From IMG/VR virus record IMGVR_UViG_3300000956_000011, positions 1,212-65,211 of that record: 64,000 bases of DNA. The stretch is one strand, 5' to 3'. The stretch is from a virus. This document shows, piece by piece, positions 53,850 through 62,674 of the stretch. How positions within the stretch are numbered: the stretch's first letter is position 1; each line of letters opens with the position of its first letter. The notes below the pieces were generated by a model. That model saw only the letters and a program-made list of their open reading frames with translations. It ran no database searches and was not told the origin of the DNA. Position numbers and translations under genes: made by a program.

Positions 53850-54082
53850 TTCTCGGTCTCCTCTTCCTCGTCTAGCTTCAGGGCTGTCAAGGGTGGGTTG
53901 AATTCGACCTGCTCCCAGCTGTCCCGGTTGAATTCCGTGAGGACGTATTCGGGGTCCACGACCCCGTGCTCGTTGACCTGCGCCACGTATAGCTGGAGCA
54001 CCCGCTCGTCCGTCACGTACCAATCCCGCGCTTGCGGGTAGTCACGCTCGCCATAGTGCGTACGAACCCGAACACCCATCAC
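53846..54082 (-). CDS. hypothetical protein (78 aa)
   Basis: 4-bp overlaps with both neighbours. Confidence 0.65.
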   Translation of the reverse strand: MMGVRVRTHYGERDYPQARDWYVTDERVLQLYVAQVNEHGVVDPEYVLTEFNRDSWEQVEFNPPLTALKLDEEEETEK

Positions 54083-54735
54083 ACATTCCTCTCTTCTCTC
54101 CAGGAGAGAATCCTGTCAGCGAAGTATTCCCGAGCCTGCTCTAGGTCGGAGATACGAAGGCTCTCGCCATCTTTGTTGTACGGCCTATCGATGATGTGCG
54201 CAGGCAAGCCCACACGATCCGCCAGCGCACATTGCTCCGGCTCGTCATCAAGCACACCGACCACACGCTCTATGCCTACCAGACTGGCCAGGTTGCGGTA
54301 CTTCTGAGACCCGAATAGGACACCGTCGTACTGAATGCCGTTGTTGCGCAACCAAAAGCGCGTGTCTGGGTCGATGTTGTCAAGCCGCAGCCACGGCCGC
54401 GTCGTACACACCCACACTTCGGCCCCAGCTTGCCGCAAGACCCACGTAAGCCCCTTGGCCCCATGACGTACCGGCATCCCCCTCTTGAAGCGCCCTTGGC
54501 GGTAACCAAGCTTCATCTGGCGGTACGTGATCTTACTGACGCCAAAGCACTTCCAGTACGGCATGCTGCCGTCCCAATGGCGAATGACGGGGCGCTGCAA
54601 GTACATCTCCGCATACTCCGCGAAGTGCTCATGGTACTCCCCGAGTGTGCCGTCAATGTCCAGCCCGACCACTGGCCGCAGCACCTGCCCCGGTGCGGCA
54701 TACATCGTCTTGCGCGGGGCTAGTTTGAGCTTCAT
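54079..54735 (-). CDS. HAD-family 5'(3')-deoxyribonucleotidase-like phosphatase (218 aa)
   Basis: Motifs GLDIDGT, CTTRP, QKY, VLDDEP. Confidence 0.85.
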   Translation of the reverse strand: MKLKLAPRKTMYAAPGQVLRPVVGLDIDGTLGEYHEHFAEYAEMYLQRPVIRHWDGSMPYWKCFGVSKITYRQMKLGYRQGRFKRGMPVRHGAKGLTWVLRQAGAEVWVCTTRPWLRLDNIDPDTRFWLRNNGIQYDGVLFGSQKYRNLASLVGIERVVGVLDDEPEQCALADRVGLPAHIIDRPYNKDGESLRISDLEQAREYFADRILSWREERNV

Positions 54736-55004
54736 TCCCCCTCCGGCGCGCAACACATGGCAACCCAGTTCGGACTTTCCTCCGGGCAGTGGTCCAGCGC
54801 GATCTTCTTGCGAATGGGAGTATCCGGGACGTACCGCGTGCGGCAACGAGCGCATCGACCGCCGAACATAGCCTTGCGCCAACCAGGGGTCGCCAAAAGC
54901 TCTTCAACCGCTTGTTGATACTCCTCCCGTGTGCGATCTACAGTGCCGTTGCATATCCCACAAAAGGCACGTGTTAGCTCGTGGATGCATTGCTCATCAC
55001 TCAC
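54732..55004 (-). CDS. Cys-rich Zn-binding protein (90 aa)
   Basis: CIHE...CGIC; CARC...CC. Confidence 0.68.
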   Translation of the reverse strand: MSDEQCIHELTRAFCGICNGTVDRTREEYQQAVEELLATPGWRKAMFGGRCARCRTRYVPDTPIRKKIALDHCPEESPNWVAMCCAPEGE

Positions 55005-55387
55005 GGCAACACAACCCCCTCCACCGTTGCGGGTGGTTGGTAGTTGGGACCTTTCAGGACCTTACCGTCCTCGCGCATTATTGGTTTGCCGTCGACGAGT
55101 TTGGACATATTGGAGGCGTGAACACGGCGCAATGCCTCGTCAATGTCAAGACCCAAGGCCACTCCCGTTCCGTATAAGACGTAGACGGCATCTGCGATCT
55201 CCTTGGCCACACGACCCAGGCAACTCACGTTTTCTGGGTCGAGCATCAGCTCTGCCAATTCGTCACCGAGCTCGGCGTATTCCTCGGCCATCAACCTCCA
55301 GCGTAGCTGAACAACATCGAGGGATCTTTCATTGATGTGGCTACCGAAGATTTCGTGGAACTCACGAACCATCTCCTGTGGCGTCAT
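55001..55387 (-). CDS. MazG-like (DR2231/PRA-PH type) dNTP pyrophosphohydrolase
   Basis: VREFH..F; LMAEEYAEL; KEIADAVYV; VHASNMSK...REDGKVLKGPNY. Confidence 0.88.
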   Translation of the reverse strand: MTPQEMVREFHEIFGSHINERSLDVVQLRWRLMAEEYAELGDELAELMLDPENVSCLGRVAKEIADAVYVLYGTGVALGLDIDEALRRVHASNMSKLVDGKPIMREDGKVLKGPNYQPPATVEGVVLP

Positions 55388-56181
55388 GAAAACTCCTTCA
55401 CTTTGCGCGCAGTGGCTTCGTAGGCCTCATGGCTCAGTACACCCTTTTGCCAGCGCCCGTAGCGGCCGACTCGCAGAATGGAGGGTAGGCAGTCACAGTC
55501 CGCGCTGAGCGGCTTATGAAATTCAGCCACGTCTTTCAGCGGTGGCTTGCGCCTATGCCCAGGCCATTCAACTGTTGTGTAACCGAAGACATTGCACGCG
55601 CGGTACCAACTGACGTCGTTACCACCCTGGCACCACACAGTGAAAGGTGGAACGCGGTACCCGTAGTCTTGTTCGACACTTTGCCGCCCAGGCGCGTCCC
55701 CGATGGCCCAGCACTTAACAGACGAGAAAGTGTGCTGGTCGCCTGCCTGGCACAACACTGGAGCGGGCAGGCTGCTGATGCACGCGTCGGGCATGAAGTC
55801 ACTCAGCATCGGCACAATGTCGCCTGGCGACAACCGCACGTCTACGATCCGGTCAGTAAACCGATGCCAGAGACGATCGTAGGTTGCTCGCAAATCCCAG
55901 GCGAGATGGTTGCCCGCGTATTGCTGCGGACTCACCGGGAGGGAGAGGCTTCCGTATACCTTACGCCGATATTCTTCAACTTCACCGTACAGCCGGTACT
56001 GAACCTCCTCGCCATTTCCCTCTGTGACACCGGGAATAGGCGCGTGCAGGTACTGGCATCCGTACAAATGAGACGGACGTGAAACGCTCAGGATCTTCAC
56101 CTCCGCCCCGGTGTTCTCCGCAGCTTGTGCGCTGATGAGCCCAGCTGGACCGCAGCCCAGCACCAATACCCGCGCGGTCAT
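55384..56181 (-). CDS. FAD-dependent oxidoreductase, UDP-galactopyranose mutase-like (265 aa)
   Basis: VLVLGCGPAGL (GxGxxG); HLYGCQYLH resembles UGM HxYGxHxFH; GRYGRW resembles GRLAEY. Confidence 0.72.
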   Translation of the reverse strand: MTARVLVLGCGPAGLISAQAAENTGAEVKILSVSRPSHLYGCQYLHAPIPGVTEGNGEEVQYRLYGEVEEYRRKVYGSLSLPVSPQQYAGNHLAWDLRATYDRLWHRFTDRIVDVRLSPGDIVPMLSDFMPDACISSLPAPVLCQAGDQHTFSSVKCWAIGDAPGRQSVEQDYGYRVPPFTVWCQGGNDVSWYRACNVFGYTTVEWPGHRRKPPLKDVAEFHKPLSADCDCLPSILRVGRYGRWQKGVLSHEAYEATARKVKEFS

Positions 56182-56447
56182 GCGGACTGCCCGTATTCTC
56201 GAGCTTGATTGGCGGTCATGTGAACCATGACGCCCATTCCCCCTCGGACTTGTTCTGGCAGAAAGGCGAGGAGGGCTTTTCGCGTGTCCGCGTAGGTCTT
56301 GTCTAGTGCGTCGATGGCGTTCTGGATGCGACGCCAGTCTGTTTCGAACAGTTCGTCGTCTACGAGTACTTCGTGGGCCTCCCTCTCTCTGGATACGCTG
56401 ACCTCCTCGTAGCCGTCTCGCCACTGAACGTTGATCTCGCACTTCAC
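56178..56447 (-). CDS. hypothetical protein (89 aa)
   Basis: 4-bp overlaps with both neighbours. Confidence 0.65.
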   Translation of the reverse strand: MKCEINVQWRDGYEEVSVSREREAHEVLVDDELFETDWRRIQNAIDALDKTYADTRKALLAFLPEQVRGGMGVMVHMTANQAREYGQSA

Positions 56448-56875
56448 GTCAATCCCCTTTCAGTAGGCCACATCAACGGAATCTCCAGCGGAGTCGTTGG
56501 TGGCATTCGTCGTGCGTAGTATTCCGGGTTTACCCGAATGAGATTGCTTCTCTGAGACAAATGGAACCGGGGGTTGCCGCACCACCGTGGCGGGACCGGC
56601 GCGAGCGGCCAGCCCGCGCGGCTCAGGGCAACATGAGCACGAATTACCCGTTGTTCGGGATTGTACCCTCGTCGCACCATCTCTCTCTCGGCAGAAGCTA
56701 CGTAGTGCAGCAGAGCGGCGGGGTGTTCTCCCCATGCCCGCGCGTCCCGCCAGCTCAGGTCCCCGACGTAGATGTTGCGCAGGCATTGCAATCCTTCGAA
56801 GACAATTTCGAAAATATGCTCGTTGGCAAGCACTTCCAGGTTCTTGTGCGTGCTGGAAAATGGTAGCCAGATCAT
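56444..56875 (-). CDS. DenV/pyrimidine-dimer-glycosylase-like protein (MSMEG_6728 family), divergent (143 aa)
   Basis: WLPF...W..HPAALLHY...EMVRRG...P.W.GNPRFHLSQRSNLIRVNPEYY. Confidence 0.68.
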   Translation of the reverse strand: MIWLPFSSTHKNLEVLANEHIFEIVFEGLQCLRNIYVGDLSWRDARAWGEHPAALLHYVASAEREMVRRGYNPEQRVIRAHVALSRAGWPLAPVPPRWCGNPRFHLSQRSNLIRVNPEYYARRMPPTTPLEIPLMWPTERGLT

Positions 56876-59691
56876 TGTCGGTCCAGTTCTTTGACCACTT
56901 TGGTCAGCGTCGGCTCCGCGCGCAGGTAGCCCTTGCTCAGTCGACGAACCACCCGCCACCCCAACAAGTTCTTCACGACCTCCTGGGCTTCTACTTGGTG
57001 CAGGCCACCGAACTCCTGGAAGTCTCGCATCTTGAACGGTCCGCTGATGCATTGCTTGAGCACGCCCAGCACGTCATCGTTAGCCGCCAAGTATTGCCGC
57101 ACGGACTTTTCGTTCTTCTCAGCTACCTTACGTTCATGAATTACTGTGGCGCTGTGTTCGAGATAACCGAAGGAGTCCATGCCATAGAAAGCATTCAGAA
57201 GTCGCTCGGCGGCCTCAACGTGCTCGTAGTCCACCACCAGAAGCTCACCCGTTTGATCGGTGCTGAACAGTCGACCCGCAACCGCCACCGCCAGTCTCGC
57301 CAGCTTAATTCGTACATTCTCAGCTTGGACGAGCGGTGGATCCGGTACGTAACGCCTGCCCATTTCCTGGGCTCTCTCCAGGACATAGTTTTCAACCCCT
57401 GATTCCCAAACTATCTGATCCGATTTACGAGACCATACCCAGTTGATGAGCTGGCTGCACAAGTGCGCCGTGTACCGGTGACGCACGCGCGGAGGCCTGC
57501 GACTGTTGATCTCATCTGCGCGCACGTCCTGGCTAGCCACGGCTAGCGCAAAGTCAAATCGGGCTATGTCCTCCGGGTTGTTGGCCAAGCCCTTCACCGC
57601 GTCCATGGCCCCGTTGGTATAGCTGTTGATCGTGACGCCTTCCACCGGATTGGCGACGTAGATCAATCTGGTACGTGCCTGCGTTTCACTGCTCACAATC
57701 TTGTTCACTTGGGCCACCCCGGAGGAGCGCACGCTCGACATCTGTTCTAGAATTCCTTTACCGGCCAAACCACCGAATTCATCTAGAACAACCAACCTGC
57801 GGTCATTGAGCGGTATGACACCCCAACTGATGATCCAGTTGCCACTCATCTGTTGCACACCACCAACAAGACCGGCGAAGGTCGCACCCTCACATGTGGT
57901 CAGCACGCCAGCGCGGTAGTGCTGGCACAAGCGTTTGGCGGCCTCGCTCTTGCCGGTACGAGTGTCGCCGATCACCAAAAGTTCCAGCCAGCCCTTACCG
58001 ACGTCCTGACCCTTCAATTGAAAGTCAAGGACGCTGTGCCACACCAGGTCATAGGCGATATGCAGCGCGGGACGGTGATAGATCTTGGTGACGTTCGCCT
58101 CCAGGTCGGCTGCTATCTCCTTCATCTTGTCGATGCAGGATTGTTCCTCCCCCGGCCAGAAAGCAGTGAGGTTCTTATATATCCCATCTGTCATTGTGAA
58201 CTGGTCGATGTTCGCCGAGGTCTCTTCACTTTGCCAGGCCTGCAATACCGAGCGACCCGTCTCGGTATCGAGAGTGTTCATACCCGTGAACTGGACCTTG
58301 ATGTTCGTCGGCGTGCGGTACTTGCCCACATTGAACAGACGCCTGCTTAGGTTCGTCACCTGACCGAAGGCCTCGTCCGCAGGCGGTATGAGGATCATCT
58401 CCTCGATAGAGTACCGCTGTGTTTCGTCAACCTCAACGTCCGGGCAGCTCGTCGGTATCTTTACGTGACCTAGCAACACCTTCTTACGCGCAGCACTGTT
58501 CTTGTTCAGCGCCTCCAGCACGACCGGATCGTGCTCCGGTATGTCAATCTCAATATGGTTACGACCACTGATAGGGCACCGCGCACACCGCGCGCCACCA
58601 CCTTCATTGCAGTTGAACTCCACCCGCTTAGGTCCGACGTAAGCAGGTTGAACTTTGCCCGCAACCGTGGCATTGAAAGTGAGTGGCCGTTCCATGATTT
58701 CGGCGTCCATGGTGGCCTCTAGACCAACCACTTGCGCCTGTTGGCTGCGGAGACCGGACAGGTGGGAGGTCCGATTGGCGTTCTCGCTGGACGTCTTCAT
58801 CAGGGTGTAGAAGTCGCTTGCGGTGTAACCCTGATCCACGAAGTAGTTCGTCAGGTCATCGCCGTTGCCCTTGAGCGGCAAGGCGATGATATGTACCTGC
58901 TTGGCGAACAGCTCGAGGCTGCGAGCTACGCGTCTGGCCCCGCGTCTACCTGCGTCGTCGCAGTCGTAACAGACGTACACGATCTTGCCTTCGAAGCGTT
59001 CGTTCCAACGCTCGTCCCATGCGCCAGCCCCTGCGGTATGACTCACGGTCGGCAATCCGTGTTGCCTGCCGATGATGCAGTCCATCTCACCTTCGGTGAT
59101 GATGACGGTATCGCTTTCGGCGAGAATGTCTACCCCGAAAAGCTGGCGACTACCGGTACCGACCGCCCAGCTTTTCATCTTGTCTTTCGCTTGGCGCGCT
59201 GCCGGATTGTACCGGCGCACGTTCAGCAATTCACCGTCCGCGTCCCGTACCGGAATAGTGAAGCGCTCGCCGTCCCAGCCTATCTGGAACTGCTCGATGG
59301 TTTCCCTTGTCAGGCCGCGCTTTTCACGCATGACGCGCAAGTGCTGACGACTGGCCAACAGTGCGTCAACGTAACCCTCTAGCAGTGCCTCTCGGGGCAG
59401 TTTGCCCGCAGCAACAGGCTTTTCCGGACTCGCTTGCTTGGCAGGCTTTTCTTTCTTGAAGTCCCCAGACTGCCGCATGACGCTGACAAGACTGCGAATG
59501 CTCATTCCGCCACATTGGCTGAAACACGTGAAGACACTGTCCTGGAAGTTATAGCTGGCACTCGGGGACTTTGAAGTGTCTACGTCTTCGCAAATGGGGC
59601 AGTAGCCACGCTGTTCGTCGTCGTCGTTGACGCGACCGACCAACCAAGGCTTCAGCTGGTCTCGCACCGATTGTGGTGTCGGCTTGCCCAT
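56872..59691 (-). CDS. DnaG-type primase (Zn finger + Toprim) fused to an MCM-like AAA+ helicase (939 aa)
   Basis: CPIC...CFSQC; Toprim ITEGEMD and YDCDDAG; MCM-like LLVIGDTRTGKS, LDEF, VANP, IARFD. Confidence 0.85.
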   Translation of the reverse strand: MGKPTPQSVRDQLKPWLVGRVNDDDEQRGYCPICEDVDTSKSPSASYNFQDSVFTCFSQCGGMSIRSLVSVMRQSGDFKKEKPAKQASPEKPVAAGKLPREALLEGYVDALLASRQHLRVMREKRGLTRETIEQFQIGWDGERFTIPVRDADGELLNVRRYNPAARQAKDKMKSWAVGTGSRQLFGVDILAESDTVIITEGEMDCIIGRQHGLPTVSHTAGAGAWDERWNERFEGKIVYVCYDCDDAGRRGARRVARSLELFAKQVHIIALPLKGNGDDLTNYFVDQGYTASDFYTLMKTSSENANRTSHLSGLRSQQAQVVGLEATMDAEIMERPLTFNATVAGKVQPAYVGPKRVEFNCNEGGGARCARCPISGRNHIEIDIPEHDPVVLEALNKNSAARKKVLLGHVKIPTSCPDVEVDETQRYSIEEMILIPPADEAFGQVTNLSRRLFNVGKYRTPTNIKVQFTGMNTLDTETGRSVLQAWQSEETSANIDQFTMTDGIYKNLTAFWPGEEQSCIDKMKEIAADLEANVTKIYHRPALHIAYDLVWHSVLDFQLKGQDVGKGWLELLVIGDTRTGKSEAAKRLCQHYRAGVLTTCEGATFAGLVGGVQQMSGNWIISWGVIPLNDRRLVVLDEFGGLAGKGILEQMSSVRSSGVAQVNKIVSSETQARTRLIYVANPVEGVTINSYTNGAMDAVKGLANNPEDIARFDFALAVASQDVRADEINSRRPPRVRHRYTAHLCSQLINWVWSRKSDQIVWESGVENYVLERAQEMGRRYVPDPPLVQAENVRIKLARLAVAVAGRLFSTDQTGELLVVDYEHVEAAERLLNAFYGMDSFGYLEHSATVIHERKVAEKNEKSVRQYLAANDDVLGVLKQCISGPFKMRDFQEFGGLHQVEAQEVVKNLLGWRVVRRLSKGYLRAEPTLTKVVKELDRQ

Positions 59692-59943
59692 TCACGCATC
59701 CCCTTCTCCTTCTTGGAACAACCGCAGGGCAGCCTCTTCGTCGCATTCCCCAGCCGGATATTCACCATGGACATGCCCCAGTTTTTCGCCTGCCTGCGCA
59801 GCCTCCCAATGAAGATTTTCGTGATGGTCTAACTTTTCCGCCAAAGTACCCGCTCCCATTTGCCCGTCGTGGCAGCGGAACAGGTGCTGGTTGATTTGCT
59901 GGCGCGCTGCGAAGTATGAGCGTGGCCGCTTAGGGCCAGGCAT
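59692..59943 (-). CDS. hypothetical His-rich protein (83 aa)
   Basis: Abuts both neighbours. Confidence 0.55.
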   Translation of the reverse strand: MPGPKRPRSYFAARQQINQHLFRCHDGQMGAGTLAEKLDHHENLHWEAAQAGEKLGHVHGEYPAGECDEEAALRLFQEGEGDA

Positions 59944-60209
59944 CAGCGCTTGAGAAGTAGCTGCGTCAACCGCTTCGCGCTAGGGGCTGCGGTACCACGG
60001 GGGAGGGAGGTCACTGGAGTAGCGTCTATCTCCTCTGGGGTGACGCCCAGGTGCGCCGCAATACCGGCTCGCCATATCTCGTGGTGAAGGTCCTTCTTGG
60101 TGCAACCCGAATGCCGCGCCACCTGGCTAAGCAGGAACTGCATCTCCGCGGACACACGCACAACAACGCGTGGTCCTGGTCCATCTGGTTTTTGGGCGTC
60201 GTCTGCCAT
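59943..60209 (-). CDS. ribbon-helix-helix DNA-binding protein (88 aa)
   Basis: RVVVRVS beta strand, then helix EMQFLLSQVARHSG, then helix KKDLHHEIW; SD GAGGAGG. Confidence 0.68.
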   Translation of the reverse strand: MADDAQKPDGPGPRVVVRVSAEMQFLLSQVARHSGCTKKDLHHEIWRAGIAAHLGVTPEEIDATPVTSLPRGTAAPSAKRLTQLLLKR

Positions 60210-60237
60210 ACCAATTTCCTCCTCGGTAATTAGTAAT

Positions 60238-60260
60238 TGAGAGTGAGAGTGAGAGTGAGA
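60238..60260. repeat. (TGAGAG)4-like short tandem repeat in an AT-rich intergenic region
   Basis: tgagagtgagagtgagagtgaga. Confidence 0.9.
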
Positions 60261-60733
60261 TATCTATTAGAGATCTTCTCTACATGCATTCTCTATTTTA
60301 AGTTTTGGGTTTGGGCTTTTGCTGCCGTTACGCACACCTTGCCACACCACACCGATCACCGCCAAGTTCACCGGTTCACTCTGTACGCTCTAGTTGAAAT
60401 GTTCGCGCATCTCCGTCCTCCCCGGGGTGGGCGGTGCCCCGGCAGAATCTATCTGGGAGCCTGCGTGCCTTACGCGCGCGTATACGCGTAAGGCATGGGA
60501 CCGCAAAAATAAAAAATTGCCGGTATAGCCCCGGCAAGCCCGGGGGACGGACCCCTGTTTTCTGGGCTACGCCGGTCTAATCGGGACCAAGATCGTCTTC
60601 GGAAAGATCGTCTTTGTGGCCTCGGGGCTCAGACAGCCCCTACGACGCCGACCACCCGACCACTGCCCGACTCCGCAGCCAACCGGGTTTCGGGCTGCAG
60701 AGACGCAACCAGGCGGTAAAGACAGGCATGCAG

Positions 60734-60755
60734 AAGCCCCCACCGAGGTGGGGGC
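60734..60755 (-). terminator. intrinsic terminator
   Basis: AGCCCCCAC-CTCG-GTGGGGGCT followed by TCT, after the stop at 60781. Confidence 0.7.
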
Positions 60756-60780
60756 TGCCGCTATTCAGTTGGTGCGCCGG

Positions 60781-61809
60781 TCAGAACGGAGGCTCGTTGC
60801 TGCCGCGCTTGCGCCGCGTGCCGGTTGTCTTGGTGCCGCTGGTCTTGCGCGCTGCCCGCTTCGGCGGCTCCGGCTCCTCCTCCGGTTCGTCCTCGTCCTC
60901 GTCCTCGTCCTCGTCTTCGTCACCCTCGTCCCCGAGCGTTTCGAGTACCGCGTCGATGATGGCGTCGGCGTCCATGCCGCGTGCGATCTTGACCCCGAAC
61001 TCGTCACGAGCCCGCTTCTTCAGCGCTGCCAGCGAAAGCTCCTCGAGCTCGGCCGCGAGGGCGTCGGGGTCGTAGTCCTCTTCGTCGTCGTCCTCGTCGT
61101 CCTCTTCGTCCTCATCCTCCGGTTCGGGCTCGGGTTCGGCCTTCCGCCGGGAACGACTGGTGCTGCGACGAGACCGGGTCGGTGGGGCCTCCTCGTCTTC
61201 GTCATCATCGTTGTCGTCATCGGCGTCGTCCGAGTCCTCGAAGGCGTCTTCACCTTCGTCTTCGTCCTTGGGGCGCCGGGGCTTCGCAGCACTGGTCGCC
61301 TCGCGCAGCGGTAGGAAGGCCTGCATACGGCCACGCCACTCCGGGTCGCCCTCCTCAGGGATGTACCGCTCCAGACCGACCTTGACCGTGCACTGCTTGG
61401 CCTTCTTGACGATCTGGTCGTAGGTGAGATTCACCTTGCCGTTCGGCTTGATCACGCCGAGCGCGACGAGCATCTGCTGCTCGCGCCAAACAGTGTTGTC
61501 CGTGGTGTAGATGGAATCCGGCCACCCGCTGACGTCGTCGCCGTCCCGGTTGAAGCTGTCCTTGGCCAGACGGAACAGCCACTTGACGGAGCTGGGCTCG
61601 TCCTCGTCCTTCTTGGTGTGGTCGCTGATGCTGACCAACTCGCAGGTGTAGAGGCCCTTCGACGGCTGTTCGCCGTTGTAGCCTTCGCCTGGCTCGCGGT
61701 ACTCCTCGTCACCATAGTCCCGGTTCAGACGGCCGCCGCTGTCGGCCCCGCTGCGGGTGCTACGGCGGGAGCTACCGCTCGCCGACCGCCTGCGCGTGCG
61801 TTCTGCCAC
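60781..61809 (-). CDS. DUF669-like ssDNA-binding protein with long acidic IDR and HeH/Rho-N motif (342 aa)
   Basis: KGLYTCEL...VKWLF...CTVKV OB-like core; D/E runs; LEELSLAALKKRARD..G; follows the AAA recombinase. Confidence 0.68.
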   Translation of the reverse strand: MAERTRRRSASGSSRRSTRSGADSGGRLNRDYGDEEYREPGEGYNGEQPSKGLYTCELVSISDHTKKDEDEPSSVKWLFRLAKDSFNRDGDDVSGWPDSIYTTDNTVWREQQMLVALGVIKPNGKVNLTYDQIVKKAKQCTVKVGLERYIPEEGDPEWRGRMQAFLPLREATSAAKPRRPKDEDEGEDAFEDSDDADDDNDDDEDEEAPPTRSRRSTSRSRRKAEPEPEPEDEDEEDDEDDDEEDYDPDALAAELEELSLAALKKRARDEFGVKIARGMDADAIIDAVLETLGDEGDEDEDEDEDEDEPEEEPEPPKRAARKTSGTKTTGTRRKRGSNEPPF

Positions 61810-61822
61810 TTGCGTGTCTCCT

Positions 61823-62674
61823 TCACTTGCTGGCGCGAGTGCGCCGTGGTTTCTGTTGCCCTGCCAGTGCGCGATCCGCTGCCGCTACCATCTTCAGCAA
61901 TGACGGATTATCTGCGTGCGCAGGCCAACCGTACCGGTTTTTGGCCAAGAAACTTTTCCGCTTGACCATGTAAAGACGACGAAATTCTTCGATGTCGGAT
62001 TCATCGTCGTCTTCCTCCGCCTGGCGCAGGACGTCGTAGTATCCGACGAGACTGACCATGCCGCACAGTTTGCGTGCCAGGATGCCGTTCTTGGCGCTTC
62101 CGACCATCGGAACGAGCTGGTTGTACTCCTCCTCCGTCTCATCGTCGTACATCTCCAGCGGCATCACCTGCGCGGTGTAGAACGTGTTGATGGGCAACGC
62201 GTTCCAGTCATCAACGGCACCCTTGACTTGATTCCAGACCCAGGGGTAGTCGTCGAGAGCAGGTTTGTACAGATGACGCGTGCTGGGCTTCTCCAGCTTC
62301 ATGCGCCTGAGCTGACTGCGCCAGAAGCACTCCTCCATTTCACTGAGAGAGTCGATGGTGGCCCATTTGTAGTCGTCGCACCCGCTACCGTATGCGAAGT
62401 ACTCGTAAACCTCGAGATAGTCCTCTCGGGTACGGACCACGATTTCGTCGGCCTTGCTGCCCGCAACCTTCGCGGACTCGGTGCCCTCAACCTCGAATGT
62501 CACGAACAGATTGTCCGGCAACTCGGCGGCCATAGTGGTCTTGCCGACGCCAGTGTCGCCGTATATCAACCAGTTTTTGTGGGTAACGCGCTCGCTGAGA
62601 GCCGTGATGGCAGTTGGCCGCGTACCGCGCTTCGGTTGCGCTGCCTTGGTTGTACTGCGTGCCCGTGGCGGCAT
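61823..62674 (-). CDS. Sak4-like AAA_24 ATPase / ssDNA-annealing recombinase
   Basis: LIYGDTGVGKTT; ATIDSLS; VGYY...FLAKNR. Confidence 0.85.
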   Translation of the reverse strand: MPPRARSTTKAAQPKRGTRPTAITALSERVTHKNWLIYGDTGVGKTTMAAELPDNLFVTFEVEGTESAKVAGSKADEIVVRTREDYLEVYEYFAYGSGCDDYKWATIDSLSEMEECFWRSQLRRMKLEKPSTRHLYKPALDDYPWVWNQVKGAVDDWNALPINTFYTAQVMPLEMYDDETEEEYNQLVPMVGSAKNGILARKLCGMVSLVGYYDVLRQAEEDDDESDIEEFRRLYMVKRKSFLAKNRYGWPAHADNPSLLKMVAAADRALAGQQKPRRTRASK

